DNA of 35,236 bases from Verrucomicrobiota bacterium (GTDB taxonomy: Bacteria; Verrucomicrobiota; Verrucomicrobiia; Chthoniobacterales; JACTMZ01): contig JBEDBL010000003.1 in NCBI GenBank assembly GCA_041177245.1, positions 1 to 35,236 of the forward strand, read 5' to 3'. Shown piece by piece: positions 1 to 10,076 of this stretch. The notes beneath the pieces were generated by a model. The model had not been told where the DNA came from. It was given only the letters and a program-made list of their open reading frames with translations, and searched no databases. How positions within the stretch are numbered: position 1 is the stretch's first letter; every line of letters begins with the position of its first letter. The translations under genes and the position numbers were made by a program.

Positions 1-127
1 ACAGAGCGTTGATTTGTTCGCCGCGCGAAAAGGTCACGATACCCAAGGCGAACGCGCCCGCGCCGATGACGGCGAGCCATCCGAGCAGCACGGGCAACGA
101 TAAGCGACGGGCGGGTGATTCGTTCAT
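1..127 (-). CDS. cstA: Carbon starvation protein A / peptide transporter, N-terminal part (runs off window start)
   Basis: Not in the ORF track. Translated by hand from ATG at 127: MNESPARRLSLPVLLGWLAVIGAGAFALGIVTFSRGEQINAL. GAFALG...RGEQINAL matches the N-terminus of E. coli CstA as I recall it. Confidence 0.8.
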   Translation of the reverse strand, partial: MNESPARRLSLPVLLGWLAVIGAGAFALGIVTFSRGEQINAL

Positions 128-164
128 GGGCCGTGACCAGAACTAATCCGCTGGGCGCCCGGGG

Positions 165-887
165 TCAAACCGCGCCGAGATAAGCCTCGCGCACGCGCGG
201 GTTGGAGAGCAGTTCGGACGCCAGGCCTTCGAGAACAAGGTTGCCGGTTTCAAGCAGGCAGGCGCGGTGGGCGAGACGCAGCGCCATGTTGGCGTTCTGT
301 TCGACGAGAAGGACCGTGGTGCCTTGCTCGTTGAGCCGGCGGATCACGCCGAAAATTTCCTGCACGAGCTTTGGAGCGAGTCCCATCGAAGGTTCGTCGA
401 GGAGAAGGATTTTCGCCTCGCTCATCAGCGCGCGCCCGACGGCGAGCATCTGCTGTTCGCCGCCGCTCAGGGTGCCGGCCATCTGCGTGGAGCGTTCGCG
501 CAGGCGCGGGAAAATATCCATGACCATGTCCAGATCGCGTGTGCGTCCCGCTTTGTCGCGCCGGATCCAGGCGCCGAGCTGGAGGTTTTCCATCACGGTG
601 AGTCCGCCGAAGATGCCGCGTCCTTCCGGAACATGGGCCATGCCGAGCCGCAAGATACGATCGGGCGTGAGTCCGCGGAGATCGCGTCCCTGCAGGGCGA
701 CCGATCCCTCGTAGGGCAGCATACCGGAGAGAGCGCGCAGCGTGGTGGTTTTGCCCGCACCGTTCGCGCCGACCAAAGCGAGGATTTCGCCGCGCTCGAC
801 ATGAAAAGTGATTCCTTTGACCGCGCGGATGTCGCCGTAGCGAACGACGAGATTTTCCACGCGCAGCAGCGTCTCACCCATGGTCAT
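165..887 (-). CDS. livF: Branched-chain amino acid ABC transporter ATP-binding protein
   Basis: Walker A GANGAGKTT, HVPEGRGIF, LSGGEQQMLA signature, LLLDEPSMGLAP, C-terminal EAYLG. Start is 887 or 881. Confidence 0.93.
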   Translation of the reverse strand: MTMGETLLRVENLVVRYGDIRAVKGITFHVERGEILALVGANGAGKTTTLRALSGMLPYEGSVALQGRDLRGLTPDRILRLGMAHVPEGRGIFGGLTVMENLQLGAWIRRDKAGRTRDLDMVMDIFPRLRERSTQMAGTLSGGEQQMLAVGRALMSEAKILLLDEPSMGLAPKLVQEIFGVIRRLNEQGTTVLLVEQNANMALRLAHRACLLETGNLVLEGLASELLSNPRVREAYLGAV

Positions 888-1666
888 CCTCCGTTCCGAG
901 ATACGCCTCGATGACCTTGGGGTTGCCGCGCACCTCGTCGGCCGTGCCTTCGGCGATGGTGGCTCCGAAGTCGAGCACGGTGATGCGGTCGCAAAAGCTC
1001 ATGACCAGCTGCATGTGGTGCTCTATCAGCAGCATGGTGACCGAGAAGTGGTCGCGGAGCCATCCGAGGAATTCGACGAGCTTGAGCGTTTCCGCCGAAT
1101 TCATTCCCGCGGCCGGTTCGTCGAGCAGAAGCAGCGAGGGTTGCAGGGCCATGGCCCGCGCGATTTCCAGCCGGCTTACGAGCGCGCCGGCGTTGAGAGC
1201 CATAGGGCAAATCGCCGGCGCGCTCGTAAGCGACATCACCGAGCCCGAACTTTTCCAGCATGTCCGTGCAGCGGTCGATGGTTTCGCGTTCCGCGCGGCG
1301 GGCGGATGGCAGTTGCACCATTGCGCCGGGCCACGAGTAGCCCGCGTGCGCGTCGTGGGCGATGCGCACGTTGTCGAGCACGGTGAGGTCGCGGAAAAGT
1401 CGGATGTTCTGGAACGTGCGCGCAATACCTCCGCGGGCGATCGTGCTCGGCCGGTGCCCGGCGATCGACTTGCCGCGGAAAACGATGTCGCCGCTTGTCG
1501 GGGCGTAGATGCCGGTGATGACATTGAAGGCCGTTGTTTTTCCCGCGCCGTTCGGCCCGATGATGCCATGGGCGTGGCCGGGAGTCACATTGAGCGTGAG
1601 ATCGGACACGGCGGTCAATCCGCCGAAGCGCATGGTCACGCCGCGCACCTCGAGCAGCGGGCTCAC
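874..1666 (-). pseudogene. livG: Branched-chain amino acid ABC ATP-binding protein, frameshifted by a 16-bp insertion (true pseudogene or assembly artefact)
   Basis: GTG at 1666 overlaps the livM stop. The N-half (FGGLTAV, GPNGAGKTT, RTFQNIRLF, LPYGSQRR) is in ORF 884..2569 and the C-half (LEIARAMAL, LLLDEPAAGMN, IEHHM, EAYLG) is in ORF 874..1569. Removing 1176-1191 restores QRRLEIAR and a 777-nt frame. Confidence 0.88.
1174..1231. repeat. Perfect 19-bp inverted repeat at the livG frameshift
   Basis: gcttacgagcgcgccggcg (1174-1192) and cgccggcgcgctcgtaagc (1213-1231), with a 20-nt spacer. Confidence 0.95.
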
Positions 1667-2637
1667 TTTTTCTCCTCCTTGGCCGCGAATTCGCGGCGCG
1701 GGACGAACCAGGAAAATTCGCGCATGCCCATGATGCCGCGCGGACGGAAGAGCATGAGCAGGACGAGCATGAGCGGCAGAATGACCATGCGCCACGTCCC
1801 CAGCGGTTGGAGCACCTGCGCAAGGATGGTGAATGCGGCCGCGCCGAGGATCGATCCGCCGAGCGAACCGATGCCGCCGAGGTAAACCATGACGAGGATC
1901 TCGGTCGACTTGACGATGTCGAAGACGCCCGGATTGATGAATTGCAACTGGTGCGCGAAGAGCGCGCCGGCCACGCCGCCGAAGAACGAGGAGACAACGA
2001 ACGCGGCCAGCTTTGCCTTGCGCGTGTCCACGCCCATGGCGTTGGCGGCGATCTCGTCCTCTCGCACCGCGACGATCCCGCGGCCGAAGCGCGAATAGAC
2101 GAGATTGCGGATGGCCCAAAGGGTGAGAACCGTCCAGACCGCGGTCCAGAGCAGTGTCGTGTGGTTGCCGATGCCGAGGAATCCGCGCGGTCCGCCGACA
2201 TACGGGATGTTCTCGATACCGGACTTCACGATCATGAGGAAGGCGAGCGTGATGATCGCGAGGTAGTCGCCCCGGGTTTTGAACGAGAGCAACCCGAGGA
2301 GGAAGCCGACCGATCCTGCGAGCAATCCGCCGGCCAGCACGGCGAGAGGGAACATCCACAGCGGATCGCCCCAGCCCAGCCATTTCACCGAGACGCAGGC
2401 CGAGAGATACGCCCCGAGCGCCATGAAACCCGCGTGTCCGACGGAAAATTCGCCCATCCATCCGTTCACCAGATTGAGGCTGACGCAAAGGATGATGTTG
2501 ATGCCGAGAGTGATGAGGACGAACCGGATGTAATCGTCGACCAGTTTGAATTGCTCGATGGCTAAGCACGCACCCAGGCCGGCGAGCAAAAGCGCGACGA
2601 GCACGCCGCGCGGCGGGGGATGTTGCAGCCAGCGCAT
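1663..2637 (-). CDS. livM: Branched-chain amino acid ABC transporter permease
   Basis: SLNLVNGWMGEFSVGHAGFMALGAY, GDYLAIITLAF, AVREDEIAA, YLGGIGS, RPRGIMG. ATG at 2637 is coupled to the livH stop (TGATG); the ORF-track start at 3210 is an overextension. Confidence 0.92.
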   Translation of the reverse strand: MRWLQHPPPRGVLVALLLAGLGACLAIEQFKLVDDYIRFVLITLGINIILCVSLNLVNGWMGEFSVGHAGFMALGAYLSACVSVKWLGWGDPLWMFPLAVLAGGLLAGSVGFLLGLLSFKTRGDYLAIITLAFLMIVKSGIENIPYVGGPRGFLGIGNHTTLLWTAVWTVLTLWAIRNLVYSRFGRGIVAVREDEIAANAMGVDTRKAKLAAFVVSSFFGGVAGALFAHQLQFINPGVFDIVKSTEILVMVYLGGIGSLGGSILGAAAFTILAQVLQPLGTWRMVILPLMLVLLMLFRPRGIMGMREFSWFVPRREFAAKEEKK

Positions 2638-3512
2638 CAGACCTTTTGCACGACGGGACGCCCGAGCAACCCGTAGGGCTTGAAGATGAGGATGACGAGC
2701 AACAGCGAGTAGACCACGAGGTCGCGGTAGGTCGATGGCAGCACGGTCACCGTGAAAACTTCCACCGCGCCGAGCACGTAGGCGCCGAGCACCGCACCGC
2801 GCACGTTGCCGATGCCGCCGATGACTGCGGCGACGAATGCTTTCCATCCGACGAGCACGCCCATCGTTGCGCTGATCACCGGGTAAGCCGACGCGTAAAG
2901 CACGCCGGCCGCGCCGCCCAGGGCCGCACCGATGGCGAAGGTCATGGAGATGAGCGTATTCACCGGGATGCCCATCAGCGGGACGATCGCGCGATCCTGC
3001 GCGATGGCGCGCATGGCCATGCCGTAGCGCGTTTTGCGGATGAAGAAATCGAGCGCGAGCATCAAGCCGACCGACACGCCGATGATGAGAATCTGCAGCG
3101 AGGAAACGGTCAGCCCGGCGAACTGCCATGTGACCGGCTTGAACAGCTCCGGCATGCGTTGCGAGTAGGGGCTGAGGCTGAGCGTGGTGTTCTGGATGAT
3201 CAGCCCGCAACCGAGCGCGGTGATGATGGCCGAGACACGCGGGGCCCCGCGCAGCGGCCGGTAGGCCAACCGCTCGATGCAGACACCGAGCAGTGCGGTG
3301 GCCAGCATGACGATGATGAGCGCGGCGACGAACGGGGCCGGCACCGCGAGCAGCAGCAGGAAACAGAAGAACGAGCTGACCATGAACACGTCGCCGTGGG
3401 CGAAGTTGATCATGACCAGCACGCCATAGACCATGCTGTAACCCAGCGCGATGAGCGCGTAGATCGAACCGAGCTGGATCGCGTTGATCGCCTGCTGCGC
3501 GAAGTAATCCAT
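2637..3512 (-). CDS. livH: Branched-chain amino acid ABC transporter permease
   Basis: GSIYALIALGYSMVYG, INFAHGD, GMAMRAIAQD, KAFVAAVIGGIGN, KPYGLLG. Confidence 0.93.
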   Translation of the reverse strand: MDYFAQQAINAIQLGSIYALIALGYSMVYGVLVMINFAHGDVFMVSSFFCFLLLLAVPAPFVAALIIVMLATALLGVCIERLAYRPLRGAPRVSAIITALGCGLIIQNTTLSLSPYSQRMPELFKPVTWQFAGLTVSSLQILIIGVSVGLMLALDFFIRKTRYGMAMRAIAQDRAIVPLMGIPVNTLISMTFAIGAALGGAAGVLYASAYPVISATMGVLVGWKAFVAAVIGGIGNVRGAVLGAYVLGAVEVFTVTVLPSTYRDLVVYSLLLVILIFKPYGLLGRPVVQKV

Positions 3513-3529
3513 GCGCGCGGCTCAGGCGG

Positions 3530-4696
3530 TCACGGATTGGCGTTGGTCACCCACTGGAACGCGCCGTCCTTGATCTGCAGCACGACAGCGCTCTTGATCG
3601 GGTCGCCCGAACCGGGTTCGAAGCGGAAGTTGCCGGTCACGCCTTTGTACTCGAGGATTTTGGCCAGCGATTCGCGGACCGCCTCCCGGTCGTTTTTACC
3701 GCCTTCTTTGACCGCCTCGGCGACAAGGCCGCACGCATCGTAGGTGAGGGCGGCGACATCGTCGGGTGCCTGGCCGTATTTCGCGGTGTAGTCGGCGATG
3801 AATTTTTTGGCTTCGTCGGTCGCGATCTGTGTCGAGAAGTGGTTGCAGAAATAGGAGCCCTCGACGTCCGCGCCGCCGAGTTTGATGATCTCGGGCGAAC
3901 TCCACGCGTCGCTGCCGAGGAATGTCGCGGTGATGCCGAGACGGCGGGCCTGCTGCGCGATGAGCGGGACATCATTGTAGTAGGTTGGCAGGAAAATGAT
4001 TTCGGGGTTGGCGGCCTTGATATTGGTCAATTGCGCGGAGAAATCCTTGTCGCCGGTGGTGAACGTCTCGAATGCGACGACTTCGCCTCCGTTCGCGGTG
4101 AAGGTGTCCTTGAAAAGGGTGGCTTGGCCGAGCGGGGCCTCGGAGGAGACGTCGTAGAGCACGGCGGCTTTCTTCGCGCCGAGGTTGTTCAGGGCGAACT
4201 TGGCGAGGACGAGCGCCTGGAACGGGTCGGTGAAGCAGGCGCGGAAGACGTAGCGTTTGGGCGCGCCGGAGACGCTGTCGAGCGTGGTCTTGGGATTGGT
4301 CGACCATGGCGAGATCATGACGCACTTCAATGCTTCGGCGATTTCGCCGGCGGGAATGGCGCACGCGCTGGAGTTCGGACCGACCATGGCGACGACTTCC
4401 TGGCTGGAGATGAGTTGCTGCGCCACCGAGGCGGCTTGGTCGGCTTTGGCGCCGTTGTCGCGCACGACGAGTTCGACCTTCTGCTTCTTGCCCTCGGCCA
4501 GCGGAATGCCGCCTTCGGCATTGACCTTGTCGAAGAACATCTCGGCCGCGTTTTTGCTCGAGGCGCCGACAGCGGGAATGTCGCCGGTCATTTCGATGTT
4601 CATGCCGACTTTCACGGCGTCCGATTTTTTGGGGCCGCAGCCCGCGATGGATACGGCGGCCAGGGCGATGAATAGGAGGCGCGAGGGTGTAGACAT
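3530..4696 (-). CDS. livK: Branched-chain amino acid ABC substrate-binding lipoprotein (LivJ/LivK family)
   Basis: Lipobox IAGC, YVFRACFTDPFQ, GDKDFSAQLTNIK, AALTYDA, GVTG; first gene of the liv operon. Confidence 0.88.
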   Translation of the reverse strand: MSTPSRLLFIALAAVSIAGCGPKKSDAVKVGMNIEMTGDIPAVGASSKNAAEMFFDKVNAEGGIPLAEGKKQKVELVVRDNGAKADQAASVAQQLISSQEVVAMVGPNSSACAIPAGEIAEALKCVMISPWSTNPKTTLDSVSGAPKRYVFRACFTDPFQALVLAKFALNNLGAKKAAVLYDVSSEAPLGQATLFKDTFTANGGEVVAFETFTTGDKDFSAQLTNIKAANPEIIFLPTYYNDVPLIAQQARRLGITATFLGSDAWSSPEIIKLGGADVEGSYFCNHFSTQIATDEAKKFIADYTAKYGQAPDDVAALTYDACGLVAEAVKEGGKNDREAVRESLAKILEYKGVTGNFRFEPGSGDPIKSAVVLQIKDGAFQWVTNANP

Positions 4697-4748
4697 GCAG
4701 GCTGTTTAGGGGTCGCTCTGCGGCCCGGCAAGCGGATTCGGCCCGGAT

Positions 4749-5222
4749 CTAGAGCGGCGGGGTGAGAAGCCGCACTTTCGGGTCCAGTGCGCGCCTGTCT
4801 TTGAAAATGTTCGGCGCCGCGGTCGAGATGACACTGCATCCGGTGAGGAGGAACTCGGGGTAAAAACGGTTGCTCGCCGGCTCGTAAACTTGGCCGCCGG
4901 TGAAGCGTCCCTCGAGGCGGTATTCGTAGTTGTTATCCGTGCCGAGCGTGCCGGCCTCGCGGTCGGGCGCGAATTTTGTGTCCTCGTTCATCATGACGAG
5001 TTGCGAGGACTTCCACGGTTGGCCCGGTTTGCGCACCCAGCCCCACATTTTGTAGTCCTTTTTGTAATAGCGGCGGCCGATGTAGTAGCTGCCCGGTGCT
5101 TCTTGGGCGATGGCGGCGGCGATGCTCGGGCTCACGCCGCCCGTGGTGGTGGTAGTTTCGCAACCGGTCAGCGGTAGCAGGACGCTGGCAAGGAGGAGAA
5201 GGAGAAAACAGTTCGGGCGCAC
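4749..5222 (-). CDS. Hypothetical lipoprotein
   Basis: GTG start, hydrophobic signal ending in lipobox LTGC, Thr/Gly linker, aromatic-rich domain (YYIGRRYY, WGWVR, VYEP). Fills the gap between livK and rlmN. Confidence 0.72.
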   Translation of the reverse strand: MRPNCFLLLLLASVLLPLTGCETTTTTGGVSPSIAAAIAQEAPGSYYIGRRYYKKDYKMWGWVRKPGQPWKSSQLVMMNEDTKFAPDREAGTLGTDNNYEYRLEGRFTGGQVYEPASNRFYPEFLLTGCSVISTAAPNIFKDRRALDPKVRLLTPPL

Positions 5223-5302
5223 CGTGCCAAGCTAAATGGACCCCGGCGGCGGTCAAGACTGCGCGGCTGGCATCGGGTCGCGCGGCATGGCATCTTGGCC
5301 CT

Positions 5303-6376
5303 GTGATTTCGTTGCTCGGAGAAACGCTGGATTCGCTCGCCGGTTCGCTCGGTGCGATGGGCCACAAGCCTTACCGCGCGCGCCAGATCATGGAATGGAT
5401 CCACGAGAAACGCGTCGGTGACTTCGCGTCGATGACCGACCTGCCCGCGGAATTGCGGGCGCAGTTGGTGGAGAAATACCCGCCCGCGCAACTCGAGCAG
5501 GTGCGCATGAGCGGATCGAAGGACACGACACGCAAATTTTTGTTCCGCCTGCCCGACGGACAGTTCATCGAGAGTGTCTTCATCCCGGCCTCGCCCGCGC
5601 TTTACGGGGAAACATCCGACCGCAGGACGCTTTGCGTTTCCACGCAAGTCGGCTGCGCCTACGGGTGCAAATTCTGTGCGAGCGGATTGCGCGGATGGAA
5701 ACGAAACCTCTCGGCGGGCGAAATCACCGCGCAGGTCATGCATGTGGAACAGACCACCGGCGAACGCGTGGACAACATCGTGTTCATGGGCATGGGCGAA
5801 CCGCTGGCCAACTGGAAAAATCTTTCCGTGGCCATCGAGATCCTCAACGCGCCGTGGGGCTTCGAGATCGGCGCGCGTCACATCACGGTCTCGACCAGCG
5901 GCCTTGTCCCGCAGATCCGCGAACTGGCCGAGCATCCCGTGCCGGTGCGGTTGGCTATTTCGTTGCACGGCGCGACCGACGAGGTGCGCGAGCAGATCAT
6001 GCCGGTGAACAAAAAGTATCCGCTCGAAGAACTTTTCGACGCGTGCGCTTACTTCACCTCGCGGCGCAAACAGAAGCTCGGCTTCGAATACATCCTCATT
6101 GCGGGCATCAATGACTCGCCCGAGCAGGCGCGTCTGCTCGCCGCCCACTCGCGGCGGCTCGATGCCAAGGTGAACCTCATCCCCTACAACACGGTCGAGG
6201 GACTTCCCTGGGAACGCCCGAGCGAGGCGCGCCAGCAGGAATTTGTCCGCGCCGTGCGCTCAGGCGGGGTCGTCGCCACCATCCGCCGCGAAAAAGGCCA
6301 CGACATCGACGCGGCCTGCGGACAACTGCGCCTGCGGGTCGAAGACGAACTCGCGGCTGCCGGGTCTCAGGCCTGA
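5303..6376 (+). CDS. rlmN: 23S rRNA A2503/tRNA A37 C2-methyltransferase (radical SAM)
   Basis: CVSTQVGCAYGCKFCASG (CxxxCxxC), FMGMGEP, TVSTSG, LAISLH, NLIPYN, DIDAACGQL. Confidence 0.95.
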   Translation: MISLLGETLDSLAGSLGAMGHKPYRARQIMEWIHEKRVGDFASMTDLPAELRAQLVEKYPPAQLEQVRMSGSKDTTRKFLFRLPDGQFIESVFIPASPALYGETSDRRTLCVSTQVGCAYGCKFCASGLRGWKRNLSAGEITAQVMHVEQTTGERVDNIVFMGMGEPLANWKNLSVAIEILNAPWGFEIGARHITVSTSGLVPQIRELAEHPVPVRLAISLHGATDEVREQIMPVNKKYPLEELFDACAYFTSRRKQKLGFEYILIAGINDSPEQARLLAAHSRRLDAKVNLIPYNTVEGLPWERPSEARQQEFVRAVRSGGVVATIRREKGHDIDAACGQLRLRVEDELAAAGSQA

Positions 6377-6386
6377 TTTCGGGAAC

Positions 6387-7460
6387 TCATGCGATATCGG
6401 CCGGGACAAAACGGCCGCTGCGGATATCGCCTTCCTTGTAGCGTCCGTCCTCGAAAAGCCGGACGTGGCGGAAAACAACCGAGACGGTGTTGCCGGGTTG
6501 CAAGCGCAAGCGGCGCAAATTTTCGCGGGTGATTTCGGCATCGAAGGGTTCGTGCGTTCGCACGCGCTCGAGTGAGACACGCGCGTAGTTGCCCGCGGAG
6601 AAAATGTGCAGCACCCGAGCTTGCAAAGCATACTCATGCTCGCCGGCGCCGGCGGTTTCGATTTCCACGTCATGCGGACGCACATAAAGCACGCCTTTGC
6701 TGTCGTCGGATGGAGCAGCCAGACCGGCGCGGAAGCGGTTCACATTACCGAGAAATTCGATGACGAACGGTGATGCTGGTTTGTCGTAAACGTCCTGCGG
6801 CGCGCCGATCTGCTCGATGCGGCCCTCGTTGAGGACCACGACTTCGTCGGCCAGTTCAAGCGCTTCCTCCTGATCGTGCGTGACGAAGATCGTGGTGATT
6901 CCGATTTCCTCCTGGAACACGCGCAGCCAGCGGCGCAAGTCTTTGCGCACCTTGGCGTCGAGCGCGCCGAAGGGTTCATCGAGCAGCAAAACCTTGGGAT
7001 CGACGGCCAGTGCACGGGCCAGCGCGATACGTTGGCGCTGTCCGCCGGAGAGCTGCGGCGGAAACCGGTTCTCGAGGCCTTCGAGTTGCACGAGCTTGAG
7101 CAATTCGGCCACACGTTTGGCCGCATCGGTGCGCGACGGGCGCAAACGGCGCGGACGCACATCGAGTCCGAAGGTGATGTTGCGGAAGACGGTCAGATGG
7201 CGGAACAGCGCGTAGTGCTGGAAAACGAATCCCACCTTGCGCTTGCCTGCCGGTTCGTCGGTGACTTCCTTTCCGTCGAAGTTCACGCGGCCCGAATCGG
7301 GGAACTCGAGGCCGGCGATGATGCGCAGGAGCGTGGTCTTGCCGGAACCGGATGGTCCGAGCAAAGCGATGAGTTTACCCGAGGGCACGGTGAGATTGAC
7401 GTCGTGAAGGGCGGGGAAACGACCGAACTTTTTGTAGATGCGTTGGACCTCTATTTTCAT
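6387..7460 (-). CDS. cysA: Sulfate/thiosulfate ABC transporter ATP-binding protein
   Basis: [63 protein letters not shown]-like tail. ATG at 7460 overlaps the cysW stop (ATGA). Confidence 0.94.
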   Translation of the reverse strand: MKIEVQRIYKKFGRFPALHDVNLTVPSGKLIALLGPSGSGKTTLLRIIAGLEFPDSGRVNFDGKEVTDEPAGKRKVGFVFQHYALFRHLTVFRNITFGLDVRPRRLRPSRTDAAKRVAELLKLVQLEGLENRFPPQLSGGQRQRIALARALAVDPKVLLLDEPFGALDAKVRKDLRRWLRVFQEEIGITTIFVTHDQEEALELADEVVVLNEGRIEQIGAPQDVYDKPASPFVIEFLGNVNRFRAGLAAPSDDSKGVLYVRPHDVEIETAGAGEHEYALQARVLHIFSAGNYARVSLERVRTHEPFDAEITRENLRRLRLQPGNTVSVVFRHVRLFEDGRYKEGDIRSGRFVPADIA

Positions 7461-8374
7461 GGTTCTTTGGATGCGATGACGAGTTGCGCGTCGGCCCGGA
7501 ATTGGCCGTGGGAAAGCGATTCGACGACGGTCTTCACCGCCAGCGTGACCAGTGCGAGCAGGGCGAGCAGCGCGGCGAAGGCGAAAGCGGCGGTGAACTG
7601 GTATTCGTTGTAAAGAATCTCGATGTGCAAGGGCACAGTGTTCGTCTGGCCGCGGATGTGGCCGGAAACGACGGAGACCGCGCCGAATTCCCCCATGCTG
7701 CGCGCGTTGCAGAGGATGATCCCGTAGATCAGCGCCCATTTCACGCGAGGCAGTGTGACGCGCCAGAAGGTGCGCCATCCGTTGGCTCCCAGCGTGGCTG
7801 CCGCGTATTCCTCGTCATTCCCCTGCGCCTGCATGAGCGGGATCAATTCGCGCGCTACGAAAGGAAAGGTGACAAACACCGTGGCCAGCACGATCCCGGG
7901 CAAGGCGAAGATGATTTTGATGTCATGCTCCATGAGCCACGGACCGAACCACCCCTGACGTCCGCAAAGCAGCACGTAGACGAGTCCCGCGACAACCGGT
8001 GAAACGGCAAAGGGAAGATCGATCAGCGTGATTAGCAGGCTCTTGCCGCGGAAATCGAATTTTGTCACCGCCCATGCGGCGGCCAGACCGAAGATCGTGT
8101 TGAGGGGCACGGCGATGGCCGCGACGATGAGGGTGAGTTTGATCGCATGCCAACCCGCCGGATCCTCGAACGATGCGATGAAGAGTTGCCATCCTTTCTC
8201 CAATGCGCCGTGGAAGACGGCGACGAGCGGGATGAAAAGAAAGAGCACCAGAAATCCGAGCCCGAGGCCGCCGATGATGAGTTTTGCGATCCACGGTTCG
8301 GGCAGCACGCGGTTCTGCGGCGCGACCGATTCGTAGCTGCGCCGCACGGTGCGCAATGGCGTCGCCGCACCCAT
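7457..8374 (-). CDS. cysW: Sulfate ABC transporter permease
   Basis: [57 protein letters not shown]. Confidence 0.94.
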   Translation of the reverse strand: MGAATPLRTVRRSYESVAPQNRVLPEPWIAKLIIGGLGLGFLVLFLFIPLVAVFHGALEKGWQLFIASFEDPAGWHAIKLTLIVAAIAVPLNTIFGLAAAWAVTKFDFRGKSLLITLIDLPFAVSPVVAGLVYVLLCGRQGWFGPWLMEHDIKIIFALPGIVLATVFVTFPFVARELIPLMQAQGNDEEYAAATLGANGWRTFWRVTLPRVKWALIYGIILCNARSMGEFGAVSVVSGHIRGQTNTVPLHIEILYNEYQFTAAFAFAALLALLALVTLAVKTVVESLSHGQFRADAQLVIASKEP

Positions 8375-9201
8375 CAGAGCACACCTCCCGAGCTACGCCG
8401 TGCGGCCCACCACTGTAGCGAGTTGATGCCGAGCAGCAGGACAAACGATACAACCAGCATGACCACGGCAAGTGCCGTGGCCCCCGCGTAATCGTATTGC
8501 TCGAGCTTGATCACGATGAGCAGCGGCGTGATTTCGCTGATCATGGGCATATTGCCGGCGATGAATATGACCGAGCCGTATTCGCCGATGGCACGGGCGA
8601 AAGCCATGGCCACTCCGGTGAGGATGGATGGAAAGAGCACGGGAAAGACCACGCGGTGGACAGTCTGCCACCAAGTCGCACCGAGGCTGGCCGCCGCTTC
8701 TTCGAGTTCGCGCTCCGCCTGCTCGAGCACCGGTTGCACCGTGCGCACGACGAAAGGTAATCCGATGAAAACCAACGCGACAAAAATGCCGGCGGGAGTG
8801 AAAGCAACGCGGATGCCGAGCTCGCCGAACCAACGCCCGATCCAACCTTCCGGCGCATAAAGCGTGGCCAGCGCGATTCCCGCTACTGCCGTGGGTAGCG
8901 CGAATGGCAAGTCGACCATCGAATCGACCAGTTTTTTTCCGGGAAACTCGTAACGAACGAGCATCCACGCCACAACCACCCCGAAGATCCCATTTACCAG
9001 CGCGGCGAGGAGGGACAGGCCGAAGGTGACACGATACGACGCCAGCGCGCGCGGCGAAGTGGCCACTTCCCAGAACTCGGCCGGACCGAGAGAGAACGCT
9101 TTGAAAAATGTCGCGGAAAGCGGTAGCAGCACGATCAACCCCAAGTAGAGCAGCGTGAAACCGAGAGTGAGCCCGAAACCGGGAAGGACGCGACGGCTCA
9201 T
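8374..9201 (-). CDS. cysT: Sulfate ABC transporter permease
   Basis: [63 protein letters not shown]. Confidence 0.94.
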   Translation of the reverse strand: MSRRVLPGFGLTLGFTLLYLGLIVLLPLSATFFKAFSLGPAEFWEVATSPRALASYRVTFGLSLLAALVNGIFGVVVAWMLVRYEFPGKKLVDSMVDLPFALPTAVAGIALATLYAPEGWIGRWFGELGIRVAFTPAGIFVALVFIGLPFVVRTVQPVLEQAERELEEAAASLGATWWQTVHRVVFPVLFPSILTGVAMAFARAIGEYGSVIFIAGNMPMISEITPLLIVIKLEQYDYAGATALAVVMLVVSFVLLLGINSLQWWAARRSSGGVL

Positions 9202-10019
9202 CAGATGTCATTTCCTACCGAAAGCATTGCGCGGTAGCGGCCAAGGATGGCGACAAGTGCCGTCAGGTGCGCATGGACTTGTTTCTCGAAATCTGCCGCC
9301 GCGGGCGTTTCGAAGACAATCTCGAAGGGCCGCGGCTCGATTTGACCGGCGGAAAGAATGCCCTCGTATCCCTCGACGATGATTCCGTCGTGTGCGCGGA
9401 ATCCGTCGATGACCGGCTCGCTATTCAGCGGCAGATGCCGCGAAGCGTCAGCCAGAGCGGGAGCAAGAAGCTCCTTGCTGATCGTTGACCCGCGAACGAA
9501 CCCGTAAAGTCCGTCGCTCGTGTCGTCGGCGTGCAGCGACACAATCCCGTGAAAATGCCGTGCGGCGATTTCATTTTCGAGCAGCGCGATCTCCGGTTCG
9601 TGCGACCCCCGCCAGAAATGGCGGTTCAGATCCTCGCCGCGGCGCGAGTGGCGCGTGCCATCCTCGTAGCCCGTAGGATTGCACAGCGGATAAAGATGGA
9701 TTTCATGCCCGCGGAATAGCTCCGGTTCGCGGCGGGAAAGTTTCGCCAGTTCGAGCAAAGCCTGCGCGCCTTGCGGTTCATCGCCGTGGATCGTGGCGAA
9801 GAACCCGAGACGAATGGTGGCGTTGCCGTCCGCAGCGCCGCGCAGCGTGAAACGGTGCAACTCGTAGCCCGCGTCCCCGGCAATAAAACCGCCAAGGCTG
9901 CCCGATTCGAGGAGCCCGGTTTCAACGCTCTCCCAGAACGGGCGGAGCATCTGCTCGGCGCATGGCGCTTGACTCATCTCTGCGGAATGACGTTCCGCGA
10001 ATCGGTGGTTGGCGTTCAT
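9201..10019 (-). CDS. M14-family zinc metallocarboxypeptidase / AstE-MpaA-like amidohydrolase
   Basis: Zinc ligands IHGDEP (HxxE) and SLHAD, plus NPTGY, DLNRHF and catalytic-type FETP. Its stop overlaps the cysT start. Confidence 0.82.
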   Translation of the reverse strand: MNANHRFAERHSAEMSQAPCAEQMLRPFWESVETGLLESGSLGGFIAGDAGYELHRFTLRGAADGNATIRLGFFATIHGDEPQGAQALLELAKLSRREPELFRGHEIHLYPLCNPTGYEDGTRHSRRGEDLNRHFWRGSHEPEIALLENEIAARHFHGIVSLHADDTSDGLYGFVRGSTISKELLAPALADASRHLPLNSEPVIDGFRAHDGIIVEGYEGILSAGQIEPRPFEIVFETPAAADFEKQVHAHLTALVAILGRYRAMLSVGNDI

Positions 10020-10076
10020 TTGATGGGACGAGAGGTGCTGTCTTGGTTTTGTCGTTGCGTGCTGTTAGACTGTAAG

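Noticed and set aside
874-1666. Programmed ribosomal frameshift in livG
   Set aside because: There is no slippery run, and the shift is fully explained by 16 extra bases that interrupt a conserved motif.
6391-6430. Hairpin gcgatatcggccg...cggccgctgcggatatcgc just after the rlmN stop
   Set aside because: It is bulged, lies in the cysA coding end and has no U-tract on either strand; too weak to call a terminator.
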